Part shown: piece by piece, positions 57,023-64,000 of the stretch
How the letters are laid out: each line of letters begins with the position of its first letter
Numbering within the stretch: the first letter of the stretch is position 1
NCBI GenBank assembly: GCA_951406725.2
Contig: OX597819.1
Span: forward strand, 54,064,001 to 54,128,000
From: Octopus vulgaris
Taxonomy: Eukaryota
Direction of reading: 5' to 3'
DNA: 64,000 nt
The notes under the pieces: model-generated
What the model was told of the DNA's origin: nothing
Seen by the model: the letters and a program-made list of their open reading frames with translations, nothing else
The model's database searches: none
Made by a program: the position numbers and the translations under genes

Positions 57023-57662
57023 GACTTTTGGAAATATGCTATGCATGAGAAGACTCGGCAAGCCAAGTGAGACCATAACCTTGTGGCCTATGCCAGAGGT
57101 GTAACCAGCCCACTTATGTGTACCTTTCCTTCATTGGACACTAAACTCTGCTTGCAAAGATCTGTTGAGGCAAGTGAAATTGAAATCAAATTCGATGACT
57201 GGCATCCGTGCTAGTGGAGCTCTAAGTGTACCATGTGAACGTGATCATTGCCAGAGCAACAAATTGGCTTCCATGCTGGTGACACATAAAAAGCACCATT
57301 CGAGCGTGATCGTTATCTGCATCGCCTTACTGGCACTTGTGCTGGTGGCACAGGAATAAAACATTTGAGTGGGGTTGTTGCCAGTGCCGCTGGACTGGCT
57401 CCTGTGCAGGTGGCACATAAAAAGCACCATTTGAGTGTGGCCGTTGCCAGTACCGCCTGACTGGCCCTCATGCCAGTGGCACGTAAAAGCACCCACTACA
57501 CTCTCAGAGTGGTTGGTGTTAGGAAGAGTATGCAGCTGTAGAAACTCTGCCTGATCAGATTGGAGCCTGGTGCAGCCATCTGGTTTGCCAGACCTCAGTC
57601 AAATCGTCCAACCCAGGCTAGCATGGAAAACGGATGCTAAATGAGGATAATGATGCTGATGA
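57023..57662 (+). mobile_element. RTE LINE 3' end (same family as 53131)
   Basis: Colinear with 53360-53977. Confidence 0.9.
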
Positions 57663-57759
57663 CATACATAAAATCTGTGCATGCCCATTGCTTTTCGATT
57701 TTGTTGACTATACAGTATAGTAGGGTCAGTTGGACACCATCTGTGAGAAAAACAGTACC

Positions 57760-58490
57760 ATGATGCAATTCACTCTGTCAGAAGTTTGGAAATGATATGC
57801 TGTACTGCTTGGCATTCTCACTGGAAGCTCCAATACAAACATTTTAGAGTGTTTGGGTGTCAGTCTGAGAGTGATAAAAATCAAACATCCAGTCAACATT
57901 ATGGTGTTTGGAGTGATCACTAGTGATGGCAACATTATGCCTCCATCTATCTTCCCACACGGCTTTAGACTCAACACGGAGGCCTACATCAAATGCCTGG
58001 AGGAGGTAGTGCTGTCGTAGGTCAAGAGGGTGGCTGCTGGAAGACCCTATGCCTGGCAACAGGACTTTGCATCATGCCACATAAGCAGGAGAACCCAGTC
58101 AGATAATTTCTGCAACCACATCATCCCTAACATCTGGCCACCTAACTCCCCAGACTGCAACCCACTTGATTATTATGTGCAAGGTGCAGTTGAGCGAGAG
58201 ACCAACAAAATTCCTTCTAACACCAAAGATGAACTGAAGACAAGGATTATGGCAGCATTCACCAACTTAAACAAGGAGACTGTCCAGAAGAGTTTCAGGA
58301 GATTCTAAAGTTGTCTGGAGGCTGTTGTTGAAGCCAATGATAATTTTATTGAATAAATTTACTCTCTAGTATTTCAAAACATTTTAATGTAATTTTGGTA
58401 AGTATAACTGTTAAAATGAGATGTCAGGGTTATTTTCATTTTTGCATAATTTAGACAACAGCTTATTCACCAAACCCTGTATATATAAGA
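57760..58490 (+). mobile_element. Internally deleted mariner-like (DD37D/maT-type) transposon remnant
   Basis: KHPVNIMVFG, YIKCLEEVV, WQQDFASCH, WPPNSPDCNPLDYY; stops present; ends ...accctgTA. Confidence 0.85.
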
Positions 58491-58615
58491 ATAGATATGG
58501 TTGTGTGGGTACTAAGTTTTGCTTCCCAACAACATGGTTTCAGGTCCTGTCCTTCCTCATGGCAAAGGGACAACCAAAGCCTTGTGAGTGTAGACAGAAA
58601 CTGGAATAAGCCTAT

Positions 58616-58684
<69 letters not shown>

Positions 58685-58686
<2 letters not shown>

Positions 58687-59745
58687 AATTAAAAAAGGAA
58701 AATACACATAGTTTTGATGTAATTTGTAATGTATCGACCGGTTTTGCTATCACTGTTCATGATATTATGTTTTACTTATTTGAATATGTATTTTTTCTTA
58801 AGAAGAAATTTTGTCCATGTTGTGTGTAATGATATTCACAAGTGAATAACTTCACAAGTAGATAAATAAGGAGAGGTAATTGGTTATCATTATTATTATT
58901 GTGGGTAAGGGAGATAACTGTTCAGCTTTCGGTAATGGGAGGGGAATATATATGTACAGACAAAAACAAGTTTCGAAAACCTTGTTTAGTGAGGGGATTT
59001 ATGTACAGTGATGTAATCGTGAATTGAAATATGTAAAAAGATAAAAGTTGGTTATGCATGCATATTAAGACGTGTTCTGTATTTTTCAATGAAAAAAGTT
59101 TCTTTATTTAAACGTTCTTGTGGAGATATTGTGTCTTTGCACTGGTAGAAGGGGAAATCTGTGAAATTTGGTTTGATGTTATCTGCACATTTTTCTATAT
59201 GTTCACTGCGAGGAATTTGCCTGTATTGCGGGAAACAGATTTGCTCTTTATGTAGAGTGGTTCTCTTTCTCGAGGTCATACTCGTTTGTCCAATATAGTT
59301 GTGTCTGCAACCCAAGCAGGTTATTACATAAATTAGGTTCTCAGAGGAACAAGTGAAACTAGTTTTAATTGTGAACCTCTGTCCTTGTTTGAAAAGGAAA
59401 TCCGAGCCTTCAAGTAGGTTGGGGCAGGTTCCACAGTTTGGGCGTCCACATTTTTCAACCATTGGTTTCGTGGTTGTTTGTAAAGCTTCGCATTTGTTAG
59501 TAGTCTCTGTAGTGATTTGTCTTGTTTTTTGCATTTGATGAGTTTGTGTGTTTTCAGGATGTCATTCATTTTTGGATCTCTAGTTAGTAAAGGAAGATTT
59601 TGCACATTACTATTTATATCAACACACAACCCCAGAAACAGTGAGGCATTCAACACTATCATGAATAGCAATGGCGAAACCGGTCGATGTATTGAAGATT
59701 ATATTAGAGCTATGTAAGTGTGCGTGTTTTCCTTTTTTAATTTCT
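58685..59745 (-). mobile_element. 5'-truncated Penelope-like element: GIY-YIG endonuclease, 3'UTR and inverted terminal copy
   Basis: ORF 59052-59534 CGRPNCGTC...FTCSSENLIYVITC.GC..YIGQT..R...H; frameshifted linker QNLPLLTRDPKM; 58685-58765 is an inverted homologue of 59657-59745. Confidence 0.9.
59657..59689 (+). ncRNA. Minimal type I hammerhead ribozyme-like motif (A3-U8 core variant)
   Basis: tatc-ATGAATA-gc aatg gc-GAAA-ccgg-TC-gatg; palindromic stem III ACCGGT; inverted degenerate copy at 58732-58764. Confidence 0.55.
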
Positions 59746-59937
59746 TTTATACACTACGGCGTTAGGAAGGGCATCCAGCTGTAGAAACACTGCCAGATCA
59801 GACTGGGCCTGGTGCAGCCTTCTGGCTTCCCAGACCCCAGTTGAACCATCCAACCCATGGAAAGCGGACATTAAACGATGATGATGATGATGATAACTCA
59901 CCATGTGGGGATAAGTGAAATTCCTGCTTTCTGTTAC

Positions 59938-59985
<48 letters not shown>

Positions 59986-60087
59986 CAGACACAGTAGCCT
60001 TGGGTAGATTTTCTATTGGCCAGCTCCTGTCAACTGTCCTACCCATGAATGCATAGAAGATAAACGTTGAATGATGATGATGATACA

Positions 60088-60357
60088 TATTTGATTAATG
60101 AGAGAGGTGGAAGATGGAAAATATGAGAATGTTTATTGATCGCTACAATTGTTTTGACCCATCTAGTATCAGTCCCTCACAGATGGGATACCAAACAATT
60201 GGGTTAGGAATATCCGTCAGGGTAGATGTGTCTCTTCAGGTGATTACAAGATGTATCTCCTTAAAATAGCATCTGTTCCACAAGTTTTCTTCTCAGTGTG
60301 TGTATACAATAAACATTCTCGTATCTTCCATCTTCTGTCTCTCTCATTAATTAAATA
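60088..60357 (-). mobile_element. 270-bp Penelope-type LTR-like fragment with 50-bp inverted ends
   Basis: 60088-60138 is the inverted homologue of 60307-60357; contains a hammerhead motif followed by AATAAA. Confidence 0.65.
60139..60244 (-). ncRNA. Type I hammerhead ribozyme motif with long stem II (G12A mutated copy)
   Basis: atcac-CTGAAGA-gacacatcta...tagatgggtc-AAA-ac aatt gt-A-gcgat. Confidence 0.7.
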
Positions 60358-60370
60358 CCTAACAGGCACT

Positions 60371-60772
60371 CATCGTCATCATCATCGTTTAACGTCCGCT
60401 TTCCATGCTAGCATGGGTTGGACGATTTGACTGAGGACTGGCGAGCCAGATGGCTACACCAGGCTCCAATCTGATCTGGCAGTTTCTACAGCTGGATGCC
60501 CTTCCTAACGCCAACCACTCTGAGAGTGTAGTGGGTACTTTTATGTGCCACAAGTACGAGAGCCAGTCAGGCAGTACTGGCAACGGCCACACTCAAATGT
60601 TGTTTTTTACGTGCCACCTGCACAGGAGCCAGTCCAACGGCACTGGCTATGACCTCACACGAATGTTTTTTTCACGTGCTAGTAAGGCGATGCTAGTAAC
60701 GATCACGCTTGAATGGTGCTTTTTACGTGCCACCAGCATGGAAGCCAGCTGCTCTGGCAACGATCACGCTGT
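60371..60772 (-). mobile_element. RTE 3'UTR/tail
   Basis: Reverse complement of 53575-53977. Confidence 0.9.
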
Positions 60773-60820
60773 GAAAGTGAATGTGCTTTACCAGTTGTAT
60801 AACATATGATTTATTATCTA

Positions 60821-60884
<64 letters not shown>

Positions 60885-61632
60885 CAATAAGAAAATGGAG
60901 GGGATCAATAGGTGGTTCATCAATTTTTGACATATATTATGTCAACTTATTTATTTATTTACTAAAATGACAATTACAAGAATATACATACATGTATAAC
61001 ATGTTTTGCTTTACATATAAAATATTTTTAATATATAAAGATACCAGTAATTATTAAAATATAACATACAGGAATATACACACAACAGGTTTCTTTTACT
61101 TTCCATATACCCAATTCATTCACAAGGCTTTCGTCAGCCTGAGGCTAAAGTAAAAGACACCTAAACTCAAACTTTGTAACTGGGAAGCAAGCTTCTTACC
61201 ACAGAGGCACACCAGCACCCATGTAGTTTTATATAATTTTGGTGCTAATCCAGTTTCACTTCGGAAACATTTCAGTTTTCACGTAAAACAAATTTGCTTA
61301 TCTTTTCCCATCAACTTGTCAACTGTATAAAATGTTCCACTTTTGCTACTTACATTTGCATCTGATACTCAGTTATTGAGCTAAATTTTACTAACAACAT
61401 TTTTGCAAATATGTTCTTCATTTCCAGATGGGCTGCTACACAATACAGAACATTCAGACTGTCTCCTTTTGTGGAACCTTCCATACAGTTTGGGAACTGT
61501 TAGTGATGAAAGTGGCATGATCACTGGATCTTTTATGTTATCCTGAAACAATTCCTTTATTCTTTTGACACCAACCCATTCGTGACCACCTTTCTGTTGT
61601 AAAGTGATCTATATTTCAAATTTCCATGTAAA

Positions 61633-61852
61633 CCCTTTGGTGTTCAAATTTCTCTATTAAATGTAATACTTTTTCACTCAAATTGTTTTGAATTAATCAT
61701 GCATTATGTTATAGCTTTGAGGTTTCAATGATATGATTGTTTATTTTTAGAATGTCACTGTAGGTTAGGTGTGAGAGGCTAGATATGGCCAATTTGAATA
61801 CAAAACATTTAGAATATTTGGGCCAGATATGGCCGGTTTAAACACTAAAGGG
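61633..61852. mobile_element. piggyBac-type MITE (family A) inside a family B MITE
   Basis: CCCTTT...AAAGGG-TTAA; homologous to the 13915 copy. Confidence 0.8.
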
Positions 61853-62127
61853 TTAATTTATGTTCCAAAAGCTAGCTTAATAATACATTAGGTTATTTTA
61901 CTAAATTCTTTATTATTTTCAAAACTAATTGAAACAAAGGCAATGTATTTTGACGAAGATATTTGATAACAAAAAGTGTCAAACACATTTTGTTATGATG
62001 TGTGTAAGAGCTATTAAGGCAATATGACTCTCCCCAGACACAACAAAATTTGCTTCAACACACAAATTTACATAAAGAATCTTGCAAACCAGATACAAAA
62101 ACGAAATATAAACAAGTAGATATATAT

Positions 62128-62500
62128 ATCATCATCATCATCATCGTCATTTAACGTCCGCTTTCCATGCTAGCATGGGTTGGACGATTTGACTGAGGAC
62201 TGGTGAACCAAATGGCTGCACGAGACTCCAATCCGATCTGGCAGAGTTTCTACAGCTGGATGCCCTTCCTAATGCCAACCACTCCGAGAGTGTAGTGGGT
62301 GCTTTTACGTGCAACCAGCACGAGGGCCAGTCAGGCAGTACTGGCAGCGGCCACGCTCAAATGGTGTTTTTTACGTGCCACCTGCACAGAAGCCAGTCCA
62401 GCAGCACTGGCAACGACCTTGCTCGAATGTTTTTTTTCACGTGCCACCGGCGCAAGTGCCAGTAAGGTGACGCTGGTAACGATCACACTCGAATGGTGAT
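62128..62500 (-). mobile_element. RTE 3'UTR/tail
   Basis: Near-colinear with 60371-60720. Confidence 0.9.
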
Positions 62501-62901
62501 CTCAGTCAATCTCTGAAGGGAAACAACTGCTTCTCACCATTTTATATATATTTGTAATTTCAGACTGCTTAATCAACTGAACACAAATCAAGACTTTGAA
62601 TTATCTACAAGTTATTGCTTGATTCAAGTTGTTTCTGTTGCTTAACCTCAGGTCACCCTTGATTCAGCAACTGTATGATTGAAACTGTTCTAGCTATGAC
62701 ATTCTGTTGAGACATTTTTTTGTCTTTTTTTTTTTTTTTGATGCATGGCAGTGTGGTTAAGAAATTCACTTTGCAATTGCATGGTTTCTAGGTTCAATCT
62801 CCCTGCACAGCACCTTGAGCAAGTATCTTCTACTATAGCCCTGGTCCAATGAATGCCTTGTGAATGAATTTCGTAGATGGAAACTGTAGAACTATGTAGA
62901 A

Positions 62902-63136
62902 AGTGGCAAGCTGGCAGAAACATTAGCACGCTGGACGAAATGCTTAGCGGTTTTTGTGTCTGCCGTTACGTTCTGAGATCAAATTCCGCTGAGGTTGACT
63001 TTGTCTTTCATCCTTTCGGGGTCGATAAATTAAGTACCAGTTATGCACTGGGGTCGATGTAATCGACTTAATCCTTTTGTCTGTCTTTGTTTGTCCCCTC
63101 TATGTTTAGCCCCTTGTGGGCAATAAAGAAATAGAA
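62902..63136 (+). mobile_element. Family-2 SINE inserted in a family-1 SINE head (62742-63160), 12-bp TSD
   Basis: AACTATGTAGAA at 62890-62901 and 63137-63148. Confidence 0.85.
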
Positions 63137-63184
63137 AACTATGTAGAAGTCTGTTGTATAAATATATATATATATTTATATAAA

Positions 63185-63497
63185 TACCCCATTCAGTCAT
63201 AAATGACCATGGGATTGCACCTAGAAAATTACCCTTCAAGGTATAAGTCTGAGCAAAGGTTGTTTATGGAAGACCAACAGTCACACATACCAGCCTCTCC
63301 TCTTCATGCCACCAGTATTATCCAAGGAAAAGGATAGCTTGACACTAGTAATGTTGCAGCTCATTTCTGAGTGAACTGGAGCAACATGAAATAAAGTGTC
63401 TTGCTCAAGAACACAATACACAGCCCAGTCCGGGAATTGAACTCACTACCTTGTGATTGTGAGCCCGATGCTCTAACCACTGAACCATGTGCCTTCA
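63185..63497 (-). mobile_element. SINE family 3
   Basis: Homologous to 28915-29250. Confidence 0.8.
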
Positions 63498-63786
63498 TAT
63501 GTATACATATACCCTATAGAGTGTAGGATGTACGACCAGGGTAGTACCTCATGGTGAGAAGCCGTTGTTTCCCTGCAGAAATTGACTGAGATCCTATTTA
63601 GTTCCCACTCCTGCTTCTATCTCATGTATGGCTCCACAGATGCTGGACTGTGTGGCAGTGTCCACATTCTGATTCCTGGTTTTGATTGACCAGCTAAATT
63701 ACATGAGTGAACCCAAGTACTATGTTTGAGGGTGGGAATGCTTATCTCTTAATATTTGAAACTGGAATAGCAAAGAGTGCAGAAGA

Positions 63787-64000
63787 AGTTAAGTTAATTT
63801 TTTGGCTCAAAAAGCAAATAGCAAGGCCATGTAGGGGGACATGGAGTTATGTACAGGGAGATTGTTCATGCAAAGAGTTCAGGCCATTTCTGGTCAAGAG
63901 AGACTTTGAACCGAGCGGTCGTCAGCATCTTCACTATCTCGTCCGGCAGCTTATTCCACGGATCCGCAACCCGGACGGAGAAAGCTCCTCTCCTTCGATT
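63787..64000 (-). mobile_element. CR1-clade LINE 3' end (continues beyond the window)
   Basis: 63866-64000 reads NRRRGAFSVRVADPWNKLPDEIV..FKVSLD..*, the CR1 FS.RV...WN.LP motif; short 3'UTR with a TAACT-type tail. Confidence 0.85.

Noticed and set aside
60995-61050. Hammerhead-like hairpin followed by AAAACATGTT on the minus strand
   Set aside because: The 5' core reads CTGGTAT, too far from CUGANGA to call.
61545-61600. Upstream acceptor giving a KGGHEW... reading frame
   Set aside because: The segment resembles the terminus of MITE family B (compare 44090-44120), so it is probably repeat-derived.

Overview
AT-rich, microsatellite- and transposon-dense animal genomic DNA. The SINE/LINE repertoire and repeat style suggest a cephalopod, probably Octopus (inference from repeat resemblance, not from a search). 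The only clear host gene is REEP5 (DP1/Yop1 ER-shaping protein) on the minus strand. Coding exons 1-3 are at 19997-20138, 7171-7264 and 6426-6564; the remaining exons were not found and probably lie left of the window. A CpG-rich promoter region sits at about 20.1-20.5 kb. The rest is mostly decayed mobile DNA: tRNA-derived SINEs, RTE, R4/Dong, CR1 and Ingi/Vingi LINE fragments, a Gypsy gag remnant, hAT, Tc1 and mariner remnants, nested MITEs and a Helitron. The most interesting signals are (i) two Penelope-like insertions at 58.7-60.4 kb with inverted terminal copies and unusual hammerhead ribozyme motifs (an A3-U8 core variant, and one with a greatly extended stem II), (ii) a GC-rich RTE-derived bipartite element with a structured UUCG-capped head, (iii) an exon-like module present three times at 41.5, 43.0 and 47.8 kb, and (iv) tandem pseudoknot-capable units in an RTE 3' UTR. 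Most short ORFs in the supplied track are microsatellite or SINE artefacts. Repeat boundaries were read by eye and are approximate unless TSDs or TIRs are quoted.
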